Source of the DNA: Bdellovibrionota bacterium
Lineage (GTDB): Bacteria > Bdellovibrionota_C > UBA2361 > JBIKWN01
Direction of reading: 5' to 3'
Assembly: GCA_044356295.1 (NCBI GenBank)
Contig: JBIKWN010000001.1
Span: 61,434 to 125,433 of the forward strand
Length of the DNA: 64,000 nucleotides
Shown: positions 1-10,717 of the stretch, piece after piece
Layout of the letters: each line of letters begins with the position of its first letter
Numbering within the stretch: position 1 is the first letter of the stretch
Position numbers and translations under genes: made by a program
Notes under the pieces: generated by a model
What the model saw: only the letters and a program-made list of their open reading frames with translations
Database searches by the model: none
Told to the model about the DNA's origin: nothing

Positions 1-303
1 TCAAACGCTCAGTCTATTTTTACTTCCGTGATGAGCCCCTACTGTCCAGGAAAACTTTTATCAGATTGTCCAAGTGCTAAAGCAAGTGAATTAAAAAAAA
101 CAATTCGCGAGGAATTATCTAAGGGACTTAGTAAAGAAGAAGTTATCACCAAATTAAATGATGATTATGGTGAAGAAACCCTTAAAGCAGTTCCAGATAG
201 TTCTGGATTTGGAATGCTTGCTTGGTTGGTGCCGATATTATTTTTGATTAGCGGACTAGGTCTTGGTATAAAATTCCTGACTAAACTTACCAAGAAAAAA
301 TAG
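1..303 (+). CDS. Cytochrome c-type biogenesis protein, CcmH/NrfF-like. The 5' end is probably cut by the window edge.
   Basis: ORF 28..303 matches CcmH in the segment 'EEVITKLNDDYGEETLKAVP' followed by a C-terminal transmembrane helix. The reading frame stays open back to position 1, so the gene probably starts upstream of the window. The Cys motif is C-x8-C rather than the canonical CxxC, so the assignment is tentative. Confidence 0.4.
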   Translation, partial: SNAQSIFTSVMSPYCPGKLLSDCPSAKASELKKTIREELSKGLSKEEVITKLNDDYGEETLKAVPDSSGFGMLAWLVPILFLISGLGLGIKFLTKLTKKK

Positions 304-326
304 TTAACCTCACCAGCGAGCTATCT

Positions 327-644
327 ATGAAGCCAACAGATATAACTTTTAAAGCAACGAGTATGGCAAAGCCGCTCATTGAATCGATTGCACACCTCCC
401 AGAGTTCGATCAATTCATGAAAAGTTATTTTTTATTCTGGAAAAATCCTCGTATGCATTATGCACCTGGTGGAAAATCAGAAGGCATTCATGAGGAATTA
501 GGCTTTGCGGCAATTATGAAAACACTTCAAGACAGAAGTCAGATAGTTGAATTCTATCATATATCGGAAGTAGAAAAAGTTGGTACCTCAGTTGAGCCAC
601 GCGTAGAAGCAACTTTATCCGTATCTTTAGGAAAACTTCAGTAA
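327..644 (+). CDS. Hypothetical protein, 105 aa
   Basis: Complete ORF lying between the CcmH-like gene and ctaB. No motif was recognised. Confidence 0.35.
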   Translation: MKPTDITFKATSMAKPLIESIAHLPEFDQFMKSYFLFWKNPRMHYAPGGKSEGIHEELGFAAIMKTLQDRSQIVEFYHISEVEKVGTSVEPRVEATLSVSLGKLQ

Positions 645-659
645 GAAACCGTACTTCTA

Positions 660-1529
660 TCAATATATTCCTAGCCCTACATCTAGAGCTAAGAGAATAA
701 ACAAAAGCGGTAAGTATAAAATTGAATATCTAAAAACTGTCTTAGCGGCGGCGTTTTGATGGGTTCTGCTACTTTGCTCACAGTAATAGATCATTATAAA
801 GCCAAGAATGGTCGAGCCAATCGCATAAACAACCCCTGCAGCCCCTATACAATAAAGAGCCAATGTGGAAAGAAGCATTAAGTATGAAAACCATCTAATT
901 TGTCGAAAGGTACTGATGCCATCTGGCTCAATACAAGGGAGCATTTTAAAACCTCCACGGGCGTAATCTTCTCGAAGCATCCATGCAATCGCATAGAAAT
1001 GTGGATGCTGCCAAGTAAACATTATGGCAAACAAAATCCATGCTTCAATAGATATATGATTTGTAGCAGCAACCCATCCTCCCATAATAGGTAGTGCTCC
1101 CGGGATAGCTCCAATAGCGGTATTTAACCATGTTTGTCTTTTTAAAGGAGTATAAACAAGTGCGTAAAGAAATGTGGTCATTAATGCAAGAAATCCTGAA
1201 AGCAGATTTACTTGCCAAGCAAGGAGTGTGCACCCAAAGATTGTGCACAAAATTCCATAAGCAAAAGCTTCTTGTGCCGAGACTCTTCCACTTGGAATCG
1301 GACGGTTTTTTGTACGATTCATTTTTGTATCAACATCACGCTCTAAGAAGTGATTGAGAGCGCCAGCTCCAGCAGCACAAACTGTTGTGCCAACTAACGT
1401 AATAAAAAGAATATAAAAATTTGTTGCAGCACGCTCAGCAAGAACAAAACCAAGAGCAGTTGATACAAGAACAAGAATTAAAATTCCTGGCTTTGATAAT
1501 TCAATATAGTCTTTAATCTTTTGACGCAT
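660..1529 (-). CDS. ctaB: Protoheme IX farnesyltransferase (heme O synthase, UbiA family)
   Basis: 289-aa polytopic membrane protein with UbiA prenyltransferase motifs ('NHFLERDVD', Asp-rich loops) and the typical CyoE/CtaB length. Confidence 0.8.
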   Translation of the reverse strand: MRQKIKDYIELSKPGILILVLVSTALGFVLAERAATNFYILFITLVGTTVCAAGAGALNHFLERDVDTKMNRTKNRPIPSGRVSAQEAFAYGILCTIFGCTLLAWQVNLLSGFLALMTTFLYALVYTPLKRQTWLNTAIGAIPGALPIMGGWVAATNHISIEAWILFAIMFTWQHPHFYAIAWMLREDYARGGFKMLPCIEPDGISTFRQIRWFSYLMLLSTLALYCIGAAGVVYAIGSTILGFIMIYYCEQSSRTHQNAAAKTVFRYSILYLPLLFILLALDVGLGIY

Positions 1530-1547
1530 GTAGTTCCGAAAGTATAC

Positions 1548-2543
1548 CTATTCTTCTCCAGCTGGACGAGACATAAGAAGTCCTACCATCTCTTCAGGTT
1601 GGATGGCGCCGTGTAATACGCGATGAAGCGCCTCTGTTATAGGCATTGAAATTCCATGTTTCTTAGCAATTCTATCAACAACTGGAGTTGAAAATACACC
1701 TTCAGCCGTAGAACCTACTTCATCTGCTGCTTTTTCTGCTGTAAGACCTTCTCCAATCTTATAACCAAAAGAATAATTTCTGCTGGTTATTGAAGAAGTG
1801 GTAAGAATCAGGTCTCCAAGCCCAGAGAGACCAGATAACGTTTGAGGTTTACCTCCGAAGTACAGTGAAAACCGTGTCATCTCTGCAAGACCTCTAGTAA
1901 TGAGGGCAGCTTTCGTAGAATCACCAAGTTTTAAACCTGCACAAATTCCACTCGCGACAGCTATAATATTTTTTAAAGCACCACCAAGCTCAACTCCAAT
2001 AACATCGTCTGAAGGATAAACTCTCATTGAGGAGGACTGAAAAAGTTCAGAGATCAGTTGGGCATCCTGTTTTTGAGCAGAAGCAATACTTACCGCAACA
2101 GGAGTCTTAGTCATAACATCAATTGCAAAACTTGGTCCAGAAAGACTACAGAGCTTTGCCTTTGAACCTTGCTCTTTATAATAAGCACAAGGAGTAAGGT
2201 TCGTCAGTGGCTCAAACCCTTTCATAACACTGACAAGGTACTGTTTGTCATCAAGCCTTGAGGCAAAGTCATACTCACTAATTACGCGAGTTGGAAGAGC
2301 TACTAAAATTATTTCACTTTTTGAAATTATGCTCAGTTCAGTTGTTGCACTAAATAAAAGAGCAAACTGTGAAAAACAGTATGGATGCTTTTTAGTTTGT
2401 GTAATAGATCGAACTATCTCTTCTTCGCGAGACCATCCAGTAACAGTATGACCAAGTCGAGCAAGATAGTGTGCTAGCGCAGTACCCCAGTGTCCGAGAC
2501 CAACTACCCCAATACTGCGCTTTTGCATGCCATTTTTTGCCAC
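1548..2543 (-). CDS. gpsA: NAD(P)H-dependent glycerol-3-phosphate dehydrogenase
   Basis: N-terminal Rossmann motif 'IGVVGLGHWGTALA', 331 aa, GpsA-like throughout. Confidence 0.85.
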   Translation of the reverse strand: MAKNGMQKRSIGVVGLGHWGTALAHYLARLGHTVTGWSREEEIVRSITQTKKHPYCFSQFALLFSATTELSIISKSEIILVALPTRVISEYDFASRLDDKQYLVSVMKGFEPLTNLTPCAYYKEQGSKAKLCSLSGPSFAIDVMTKTPVAVSIASAQKQDAQLISELFQSSSMRVYPSDDVIGVELGGALKNIIAVASGICAGLKLGDSTKAALITRGLAEMTRFSLYFGGKPQTLSGLSGLGDLILTTSSITSRNYSFGYKIGEGLTAEKAADEVGSTAEGVFSTPVVDRIAKKHGISMPITEALHRVLHGAIQPEEMVGLLMSRPAGEE

Positions 2544-2549
2544 AAAAGA

Positions 2550-5006
2550 TTACTCAGCTTCCCCATCAAAGAGATGGCAAACAGCAACTACTTTTTCACC
2601 CTCTTCTAGATCAATAAGCCTTACACCCATTGTATTTCTGCCTATAACAGAAATACCTTTGCATTCTATTTTAATAATTTTTCCTGAAGAAGTAACAAGC
2701 ATTCCAGAAGATTCATCATCTACGATAAACGCTCCAACAACATTACCATTACGCCCCTCTGTTTGAATATCAATGACTCCTTTTCCAGCTCTCCCTTGAG
2801 TTCGGTAGTCATCAATTTTTGTTCTCTTTCCAAAACCATTTTCGCATACAGTCATAAGAGTTTTTGGACTTGCATTTGTTTCATCGGCAGCAGAAACAAC
2901 AGTCATACTGACTACTAAATCATTATCATCAAGATTAATTCCAGTTACGCCTCGTGCTGTTCTTCCAACTGCACGAACATCAGTGCTTGCAAAACGTATC
3001 GACATTCCTGTTTGAGTAGCTAAAACGACCTCGTCTTTCTCTGAAGCAATCGAAACTCCAACAAGTGAATCACCTTCACCTAATGTGCATGCAACAATCC
3101 CCGTCTTTCGTGAACGACTAAATTCCATCAATTCAATTTTCTTAATGTAACCAGATTTAGTTGCCATTAAGACATACTGATCAGGGGTATAACTCTTCAC
3201 AGGAAGAATTGTTGAGATAGCTTCATCTGCTTTAAGATTTAAAAGATTGACGAGAGCACGACCTTTTGCAGTTCTTCCGGACTCTGGAATTTCATACACT
3301 TTAAGCCAATAAAGTCTTCCAAGAGTGGTAAACACTAATAATTCATCTTTCGTTGATGCAACAAATAAATGTTCTGTGAAATCTTCATCTTTGCTCGATG
3401 CTCCAGTAACGCCTTTTCCACCACGACGCTGAGCTCGGTATGCATTTGTAGCAATTCGTTTAGCGTAGCCAGTATGACTTACGGTTACGACCATCTCTTC
3501 ATCTTCAATAAGGTCTTCAACGTTGATCTCTGCACCATCGTCAACAATCTCTGTTCTTCGCTTATCGCCGTATTTCTCAACTATCGCTTGTAGCTCTCCG
3601 ACAATAATAGTGTCGACTTTTTTGCTGTCTCTAAGGATTGAAAGCAGCTCTTCAATTTCTTTAGCAAGCTCTGCATATTCTTGCTCAATTGCAAGACGCT
3701 CCATTCCTGTAAGTTTTTGTAGTCGAAGATCGAGGATTGCTTGGGCTTGTATCTCGCTCGTCTTGTAGTGAGTACAAAGATTATCTTTTGCTTCTTTTGG
3801 TGAATCACTCTCTTTAATAAGTTTAATCACTGCATCTATATTAATAAGGGCAATTCTAAATCCTTCTAATAAATGCATTCGCTCATTTGCTTTTCTGAGC
3901 TGGTACTGAGTGCGTCTTGTTACCACGTCACGTCGGTGATCGATGAAATGATTAAGCATTGGAATAAGCCCAAGAACGACAGGCTTACCTTCTACAATCG
4001 CAAGATTGATAATTCCAAAACTTACTTGGAGTGGTGTTGTTTTATAAAGCTGATTGAGAACAACTTCAGGAGTAGCATCTCGTTTCAACTCAATAACAAT
4101 TCTCATACCAGATCGATCTGATTCATCACGGAGCTTTGAGATTCCTTCAATTGTTTTATCGTTTACAAGCTCTGCAATTTTTTCGAGTAATCGTGATTTA
4201 TTCACTTGGTATGGGATCTCATGAACGATAAGAGCTTGGACATCTCTATTCTTCCCCTCAAGTGCTTCTATGGATGTTTTTGCACGAAGCTGAATAATTC
4301 CTTTTCCAGTTGAATACGCTGATACAAGTGCTCCGCGCCCATAAATAGTTCCCCCTGTAGGAAAATCTGGACCAGGGATATGTTCCATAAGCTGCATGAA
4401 GTTCATATCAGGATTTTGAATCAATGCCATAGTGCCATTGATGACTTCACGAAGATTATGGGGAGGGATATGTGTTGCCATTCCAACTGCAATTCCATCA
4501 CTTCCATTCACCAAAAGATTTGGAATCATGTTTGGAAGAACAACTGGTTCTTGCCTTGATTCATCAAAATTTGGAATAAAATCAACTGTGTCACTTTCAA
4601 TATCAGCAAGAAGTTGTTCGGACACCGAGGTCATTCGACACTCTGTATATCTATATGCCGCAGCAGGATCACCATCTATAGAGCCAAAGTTACCCTGACC
4701 ATCAACGAGTGGATAACGTAAGTTCCAAGGCTGTGCTAAACGAACAAGAGCTTCATATACTGAAGAGTCACCGTGTGGGTGATACTTACCAAGTACTTCA
4801 CCTACAACGTTTGCACATTTTAAATGTTTACGATTCGATAAAAGGCCGCTGTCGTACATCGCATAAAGCACTCGACGTTGCACTGGTTTTAAACCATCAC
4901 GAACATCTGGAAGCGCTCTTCCAACAATAACGCTCATTGCATAGTCCATATAGGACTGACGCATTTCTTCTTCAATATTTACTAGTGATACTTGTCCGTT
5001 TTCCAT
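2550..5006 (-). CDS. gyrA: DNA gyrase subunit A
   Basis: N-terminus '[29 protein letters not shown]' with the active-site Tyr region, 818 aa, GyrA-box-type C-terminal repeats. Confidence 0.95.
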   Translation of the reverse strand: MENGQVSLVNIEEEMRQSYMDYAMSVIVGRALPDVRDGLKPVQRRVLYAMYDSGLLSNRKHLKCANVVGEVLGKYHPHGDSSVYEALVRLAQPWNLRYPLVDGQGNFGSIDGDPAAAYRYTECRMTSVSEQLLADIESDTVDFIPNFDESRQEPVVLPNMIPNLLVNGSDGIAVGMATHIPPHNLREVINGTMALIQNPDMNFMQLMEHIPGPDFPTGGTIYGRGALVSAYSTGKGIIQLRAKTSIEALEGKNRDVQALIVHEIPYQVNKSRLLEKIAELVNDKTIEGISKLRDESDRSGMRIVIELKRDATPEVVLNQLYKTTPLQVSFGIINLAIVEGKPVVLGLIPMLNHFIDHRRDVVTRRTQYQLRKANERMHLLEGFRIALINIDAVIKLIKESDSPKEAKDNLCTHYKTSEIQAQAILDLRLQKLTGMERLAIEQEYAELAKEIEELLSILRDSKKVDTIIVGELQAIVEKYGDKRRTEIVDDGAEINVEDLIEDEEMVVTVSHTGYAKRIATNAYRAQRRGGKGVTGASSKDEDFTEHLFVASTKDELLVFTTLGRLYWLKVYEIPESGRTAKGRALVNLLNLKADEAISTILPVKSYTPDQYVLMATKSGYIKKIELMEFSRSRKTGIVACTLGEGDSLVGVSIASEKDEVVLATQTGMSIRFASTDVRAVGRTARGVTGINLDDNDLVVSMTVVSAADETNASPKTLMTVCENGFGKRTKIDDYRTQGRAGKGVIDIQTEGRNGNVVGAFIVDDESSGMLVTSSGKIIKIECKGISVIGRNTMGVRLIDLEEGEKVVAVCHLFDGEAE

Positions 5007-5009
5007 ATT

Positions 5010-6542
5010 TTACCGTTGATTTAAAATCATTCTTGTTAAAGTTCTTACAGCAAAACCAACTCCGCCTTGCTTTATATATCCACTGCTCCTATCTGAATCA
5101 GATGGTCCTGCAATATCGAGGTGAGCCCATCTGGTGTCAGTGACAAACTCTTTTAAAAACAGAGCAGCAATCGTAGCGCCCGCCCATCGGTTCCCTGAAA
5201 TATTTTTCAGATCTGCAACGGGACTTTTGATTGATGCTGCATATTCTGGAGCAAGTGGAAGTTGCCAAAAACGTTCCCCTGCAATTGAACCTTGATCGAT
5301 TATCTCTTTAGAAAGCTTTTCATCATCTGAAAAAAGACCAGCATACTGCATACCAAGAGCTACCATACATGCTCCAGTCAATGTTGCTATATCAATAACA
5401 ATATTCGCTTTATCTTTACATGCAAGGGTCAGTGCATCTGCTAAGATTAATCTTCCTTCAGCATCTGTATTTAATATTTCAATAGTTTTACCGTTCATTG
5501 CTTTAACGATATCCCCAACACGTGTTGCTTCACCGTTAATCATATTTTCGGTTGTTGGGATATAACCACGAACTTCAATATTTGGCTTTAAGGTCGAAAC
5601 TGCTTGCATAACACCAAGCACACACGCAGCACCTGCCATGTCCCCTTTCATCCCAATCATTGAATCGCCAGGTTTTAAAGAATATCCACCGGTATCATAC
5701 GTAATGCCCTTTCCTACGAGAGAGACTACCTTTGTTTTCGAATTCTTTTTTATGGGCTGATAGGTAAGCTTAATTAAAAATGGAGGTAATGACGTACCTT
5801 TTGAAACTGAAAGGAATGAATGCGCTCCCATTTTTTCAAGTTGCGCTCTTTCAAATATTTGAATTTTAAGTTTTCCCTTACTCGCAATTGTTTTTGCAAC
5901 AGAAACTAAATATGGCGGAGTGCAATCATTAGGTGGCATGTTGATGAGGTCTCTTGCAAACGAAGTTGACTCACTCAATGTTATTGCTCTCTGCAGAATA
6001 CGTTCGTCAATTTTTTTATGATTAACAAAAATAATCTCTTCTAATTTTAAGGGGTCAGCTTTTTTTGATTTATATTGTGAGTACTCATAACCACCAAGTG
6101 AAATACCTTCAATCATCGCGCAAAATGAAGATTCTTTTTCTAAAGATAGGTGTGAAGTTAAAATTGAAGTAGACTTAACATGAAGTTCTCTAGCTGTTGA
6201 AGATATCAAAGCACCGATAAAGCGAAGTGTTTCATGTTTTGAAAAAACATCCTGGTTCTGAGTATCAAAACCTATAACTAAAATATTAGGAAAGTCCTCT
6301 GAGAGCCCTGAAATCAGTACGGATTCTCCAGATTGAGCTTTAAATGATCTTTTAGAGAGAAGATCTCGAAGCTTTCCACCTACTAAAAGATTCAAGGATA
6401 GGAAGGTAAAAGTTCCATAACTACCTGTATTTGTAGGCTTTTTTCCAGTTTGTGCTTTAGAAATTTCGGTTTCGTTTACAGTAACGACAATGAGCTCTGA
6501 AGTGAACTTAGTAGGAATTGAGGGCAGGGATGTGAACTTCAT
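5010..6542 (-). CDS. pepA: Leucyl aminopeptidase (M17 family)
   Basis: M17 signature 'NTDAEGRLILADALTLA', 510 aa. Confidence 0.85.
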   Translation of the reverse strand: MKFTSLPSIPTKFTSELIVVTVNETEISKAQTGKKPTNTGSYGTFTFLSLNLLVGGKLRDLLSKRSFKAQSGESVLISGLSEDFPNILVIGFDTQNQDVFSKHETLRFIGALISSTARELHVKSTSILTSHLSLEKESSFCAMIEGISLGGYEYSQYKSKKADPLKLEEIIFVNHKKIDERILQRAITLSESTSFARDLINMPPNDCTPPYLVSVAKTIASKGKLKIQIFERAQLEKMGAHSFLSVSKGTSLPPFLIKLTYQPIKKNSKTKVVSLVGKGITYDTGGYSLKPGDSMIGMKGDMAGAACVLGVMQAVSTLKPNIEVRGYIPTTENMINGEATRVGDIVKAMNGKTIEILNTDAEGRLILADALTLACKDKANIVIDIATLTGACMVALGMQYAGLFSDDEKLSKEIIDQGSIAGERFWQLPLAPEYAASIKSPVADLKNISGNRWAGATIAALFLKEFVTDTRWAHLDIAGPSDSDRSSGYIKQGGVGFAVRTLTRMILNQR

Positions 6543-6768
6543 AATTTATTCAAAAAAATCAAACAGTTATAGTCTATTTTTGCCTTCTAAGGGAGCCGAA
6601 ATTATACACTTTTTCAGACTATCTTCACAGCTCTAAACCGTAGTAATACTGAGAAAAATTAGTAGTAATTCCTCTGTATTTTTGGGCTTTTGCAAGAGTG
6701 GGAATCTCTTTAAGGTCTGACTACTCAAGAAAGATTGCTGTAGCGGCGAACTAAATCAGTAAGAAAAT

Positions 6769-8172
6769 ATGAACCGTCAATTATTTATAATTCAAAAATC
6801 TCAGAATCTACCTGAAGGGCTGCGTCAGGCTCTGAAAACAAAAGGATTCCCTTCAACAATTATTGAAAGTGTTAGTGAAATAGAGGCAGCAGTTGGAAGT
6901 ATTAATGACTTTATTACGCTCGTCTACTGCGATGAGAACACGGATAAACAAACACTACTCGGTGAACTGGTAGAGCTAAAGCTACTTCATCAAAATCCAA
7001 TCGTTTTAATCGGAAATAATTTAGATTCTTCCGAATCATTCCTCAATAGACATTTTATTTTAGCAACAACTCTTACATCTCCTTGTTCAAACAACGATGT
7101 CGTATCTGCTGTTACGTATGTTATCAAATATGTAGATAGGATTCGAAAGCAGAGAAAGCCATCTGAAGCTACCGAGCAAGAATCATCGCGTGCATTTTAT
7201 AAAGAGTTTAAACTTGTACCCCATGGTATCTTTAAAAAGTTAGATGAACTTGGGCTGTTTGAAAAAATCCTAGGTGGGGCAGAGTATGCCACAACGTTTC
7301 GCCCACAAAACTTAAAAGAAAAATATTTCTATCCACAAGATGAATATCGCCGAGAATGTGTTGAAGAGATAACTGACAGTCTCGACGAATCACAATTAAG
7401 TCGATTTACAAGAATAGCATTACTGAGCCATAAAATTTTAACTGCTGTAGGGCTTTCAGAGAATATCTTTCAAGATGCACTGACTGCCGCAAATCTATAT
7501 TCATACGGATTTTTTCTAAACTCGAAAACTTCGGCAAGTTCTGAATATTTTTCTGAATCTAAAATAGCCATGCGTAAAGAAGTCTGTAGCTTGGTAAAAG
7601 ATGCTCTCATTTCGATACCAGCCCTTAGTCAGTTTGGTGAAACAAAAGAGATTATTAAACGAGTCGGTAAATTTATAGGAGAGGAAGATACCCCTGACGA
7701 AAGTTCTCTTTCTATCGCTGCCTCTGCGATTGCAACTGCTGATGCAGTAGACCGAGTTGTATTTAATAGAAATGTTTTTCAACCAGTAGCTGCTTATTGT
7801 CTTCTTTCTAAGTTCAAAAGAGAGCAGATTCCATTTATGCATCCTCTTGTCCTAGGGATAGTTGTCAAGATTCTTGCCGAAGCTGCAACGTCAAATGCAT
7901 CTGGAATCGCTATTACTAAAAAGATGAAAGATGTTGCTCGTCTTACGCAAGCAGCTTCTCTTATTGAAAACCAAATTATCAAACAAGATGAAGTCGCCAT
8001 TTCAATTAGCCAACTGGCACCTGGTATGAAACTAACTCAGGGTGTCATTACCTATGATGGAAAATCTGTTCTTGATGAACCAGTTATACTCGATCAGGAT
8101 CTGATCTGGAGACTGTGGCAGTTATCTTCAATTCGCCCACTACAAGAAAAAGTAGTGGTAGAAAAAGAGTAG
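6769..8172 (+). CDS. Hypothetical signalling-type protein. It may have an N-terminal receiver-like fold and an HDOD-like segment.
   Basis: 467 aa. The N-terminal roughly 120 aa has an alternating hydrophobic/loop pattern resembling CheY-like receivers. The central region ('LSRFTRIALLSHKILTAVGL...AANLYSYGFFL') resembles the degenerate HD (HDOD) pattern. These domain assignments are speculative. Confidence 0.3.
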   Translation: MNRQLFIIQKSQNLPEGLRQALKTKGFPSTIIESVSEIEAAVGSINDFITLVYCDENTDKQTLLGELVELKLLHQNPIVLIGNNLDSSESFLNRHFILATTLTSPCSNNDVVSAVTYVIKYVDRIRKQRKPSEATEQESSRAFYKEFKLVPHGIFKKLDELGLFEKILGGAEYATTFRPQNLKEKYFYPQDEYRRECVEEITDSLDESQLSRFTRIALLSHKILTAVGLSENIFQDALTAANLYSYGFFLNSKTSASSEYFSESKIAMRKEVCSLVKDALISIPALSQFGETKEIIKRVGKFIGEEDTPDESSLSIAASAIATADAVDRVVFNRNVFQPVAAYCLLSKFKREQIPFMHPLVLGIVVKILAEAATSNASGIAITKKMKDVARLTQAASLIENQIIKQDEVAISISQLAPGMKLTQGVITYDGKSVLDEPVILDQDLIWRLWQLSSIRPLQEKVVVEKE

Positions 8173-8207
8173 GGAGCACAAAGGAGCACTCCCCAAAAAA
8201 GCATACG

Positions 8208-8465
8208 TTAGAATAATTCAACAAATAGCTTTTGAGCTATCTTTTCAGAATCAACCTTATACGTACCTTTTTCATATTGCTCTCGGATACTACTAACTTT
8301 CTCTGAGCTATTAGGTTTATCAACTCCACCAGTATTCGAAGCAAAAGAAACTTTTGCTGCGTCATCTGTTGTTGATAGGGTTTTGCTTCTTTCCGTTTGT
8401 GCTGATGCACGTTCTGGTAAGCGCACGACATTCGATACCGCTGAGTTCAGCGACTTTATTTCCAT
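8208..8465 (-). CDS. flgM: Anti-sigma-28 factor FlgM
   Basis: 85 aa with a Ser/Thr-rich N-terminus. The C-terminus 'IREQYEKGTYKVDSEKIAQKLF' matches the conserved FlgM sigma-28-binding helix region. Confidence 0.5.
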   Translation of the reverse strand: MEIKSLNSAVSNVVRLPERASAQTERSKTLSTTDDAAKVSFASNTGGVDKPNSSEKVSSIREQYEKGTYKVDSEKIAQKLFVELF

Positions 8466-8633
8466 GTTACACCTCGTCCTTGACGAATAGGGCTTCTTTC
8501 TGCAAAAGCACTATCCTCTTAATCCGTTTCAGCCATCCTTAGCCAATGACGAGAATCCTTTCTACAATTAATTATTTCGACTTGTAACAAAATTGTCTTA
8601 AGCTCAATCTTTCAGAAGGGCATACGAAAAATC

Positions 8634-9044
8634 ATGAAATTTAAGATCATCACTGAATCCGTTGTAAAACAGAAATTCGTTCTATCAGGAGAAGAAGAAT
8701 ATAAAATTAGATTACAATCGAGCGCTCCTATTGAAATGAGCGTAGGAGGTATCGAAAAAATACCAGACAGAAGTTTTGTAATCGCTCTTGATGAAAATGG
8801 GAAAGAGCACTCCTCGGAAGATTTTGCCGAGTTCCTCCGTAAAAAAACAGTTTCAGGAACGAGTCATTTTACATTTCTTATAGGTGGGGCTTCGGGACTG
8901 ACCGATGCAATGCGGAAAAGAGCGAACGCAACCATTGCGCTTTCAAAGTTAACCTTTACCTATCAGATGACACGACTTATTCTTGTTGAACAATTGTACC
9001 GCGCGGTCACTATAATTCAGGGCAAGCCCTACCATAAGGAATAA
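8634..9044 (+). CDS. rlmH: 23S rRNA (pseudouridine1915-N3)-methyltransferase
   Basis: SPOUT-family motifs 'FLIGGASGL' and 'LILVEQLYRAVTIIQGKPYH', 136 aa. Confidence 0.85.
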   Translation: MKFKIITESVVKQKFVLSGEEEYKIRLQSSAPIEMSVGGIEKIPDRSFVIALDENGKEHSSEDFAEFLRKKTVSGTSHFTFLIGGASGLTDAMRKRANATIALSKLTFTYQMTRLILVEQLYRAVTIIQGKPYHKE

Positions 9045-9532
9045 TGTATATGGGAAAAATTAAAAAATTTGCAGCACTTAATATTAAAAAAATTGTTGGT
9101 GGACGTGATCCGTTAAGAGTGGTTGAAGAGTTCCTTTTAAAGTTAAATGTCGATCCGGATAAAGTTTTAAAAGATAAATCACTTGATGCTGCTCGGTGGC
9201 TTGTGCCTCTCAACGAAGAAAATGAATTAGAAGTTTTGATTGAGAATGCTCGCTCTGCGCAAGAGACTACTTTTTATCTTGGGGTTAATATTATTACGGT
9301 TCCTCTAAGAGGTTCTGCTGATTTTATAGCAGCTGCACTTGAAATTGCAGATGGACTCGTTGGTATCAAACTAAGCCTTGTTGGATATTATTTAGTACTG
9401 AGCGCGACTCTTGGAGGTGCTGATATAACTGTTGATGATCTTGAGTATCACTACCGGCTTATTACTGCGCAACGACGGTGGTTTCTTGATGCTTTAAGTG
9501 ATGAGCTCTCTCCACTTGAGGAAGGAGAGTAA
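9044..9532 (+). CDS. Hypothetical protein, possibly YbjN-like
   Basis: 162 aa, acidic. Its start overlaps the rlmH stop (TAATG). An alternative start is the ATG at 9050. The family assignment is weak. Confidence 0.35.
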   Translation: MYMGKIKKFAALNIKKIVGGRDPLRVVEEFLLKLNVDPDKVLKDKSLDAARWLVPLNEENELEVLIENARSAQETTFYLGVNIITVPLRGSADFIAAALEIADGLVGIKLSLVGYYLVLSATLGGADITVDDLEYHYRLITAQRRWFLDALSDELSPLEEGE

Positions 9533-9539
9533 TTTCTAA

Positions 9540-10656
9540 TTATACTTTAACCCCATCAACAAGATACGCTTCGATAAACCCATCGATATCACCATCCATA
9601 ACTTTATCAATGGATGATGTTTCAAAATTAGTTCGAAGATCTTTCACCATTTGATACGGCTGAAACACGTAGGATCGAATCTGACTGCCAAAATCAATCT
9701 TCATGCGCGCACCCTTTATTGCGTCCATCTTCTCTGCGTTAATCTGCTGCTCTCTCTCATACAGTTTTGCTTTTAACATCTTCATGGCTCGCTCTTTATT
9801 TTTATGTTGAGAACGATCAATTTGGCATGCGACCACAAGTCCGGTAGGAAGGTGTGTTAATCGAACAGCCGAATCTGTTTTATTCACGTGCTGTCCTCCT
9901 GCACCTGATGAACGATAGGTATCAATTCGAAGGTCTTTCTCATCGATGACTATTTCTACGTCTTCTTCAATTTCAGGAGTAACAGAAACAGATGCAAAAC
10001 TTGTATGCCTTCTTGCATTCGAATCAAATGGAGAAATTCTAACTAAACGGTGTACTCCTTGCTCTGATCGTAGAAGCCCATAGGCAAAATCACCTTGGAT
10101 AGAAATAGTGGCAGACTTAAGTCCTGCAACTTCGCCAGGAAGATAATCAACTATCTCAGTTTTAAATCCTTTTTTCTCTGACCACCTAATGTACATTCGA
10201 AGAAGCATCTCAGCCCAATCCTGCGCTTCGGTGCCACCGGATCCTCCATTTACTTCTAAAAGGACATCGGCACGGTCGTGTTCTCCATTCATTTTTAGGA
10301 GAAATTCTTGTTTTGATAATATAACTTCAAGGGAGTCCATTGAAGCCTTTGCTTCTAATAAAAAATCATCTTCTCCGGCTTCAACTGCAAGCTGCAGAGC
10401 CGTTTCTGCATCTGAGAATTTATCAGTAAGTGTTTTTGAAAGTTGAATTATCTCTTGGCATTGAGATCTCTCTTTTAAGAGATTTTTCGCAACTTCTGCA
10501 TCATTCCAGAAATCTGGTGCTTGGGTTTGAACTTCAAGCTCTCCTAATTTTCTTTCTTTTGTTTCAACGTCAAAGAAACCCCCTAAGAGCTTCAGTGCGC
10601 TCTTTTAACTTTGTAAGGTTTGATTTAATAGTGGTGGCATCAAGGTGCTCTGACAT
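9540..10656 (-). CDS. prfB: Peptide chain release factor 2, with a +1 programmed ribosomal frameshift
   Basis: The downstream frame (266-aa ORF) carries 'SGAGGQHVNKTDSAVRLTHLPTG'. The upstream 28-codon frame 'MSEHLDATTIKSNLTKLKERTEALRGFL' ends at the CUU UGA C motif (plus-strand coordinates 10575-10569), preceded by an internal SD 'AGGGGG'. Joining the frames gives a protein of about 372 aa. Confidence 0.9.
10568..10590 (-). promoter_or_regulatory. prfB: prfB +1 frameshift site: internal Shine-Dalgarno 'AGGGGG', then 'CUU UGA C'
   Basis: Read directly on the minus strand: 'AGGGGGTTTCTTTGAC'. Confidence 0.85.
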
Positions 10657-10717
10657 ATGAAGGGTATCATGCCAAATATCGATAAAGTTTTCTACGAATC
10701 TTACCGATATTCTTACT

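Noticed and set aside
900-1357. Several ORFs of 60-110 aa on the strand opposite to confirmed genes. Examples are 900-1094, 1045-1248, 1130-1357, 3369-3808, 37685-38020, 55469-55833 and 58071-58356.
   Set aside because: They are embedded antisense within well-supported long genes, have low-complexity or Cys/Ser-rich translations, and have no RBS context. They are shadow ORFs.
1-6600. A shared motif 'TCAAAC...AGTCTATTTTT' at positions 1-22 and 6571-6593.
   Set aside because: Only about 17 matching bases are split by a variable gap. The first copy is probably inside the CcmH-like coding frame. This is too weak to call a regulatory element.
8173-8207. A possible stem-loop 'GGGAG...CTCCC' between the converging 6769-8172 gene and flgM.
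   Set aside because: The stem is short and poorly paired. A-tracts, not U-tracts, flank it on the relevant strands. It is not a convincing intrinsic terminator.
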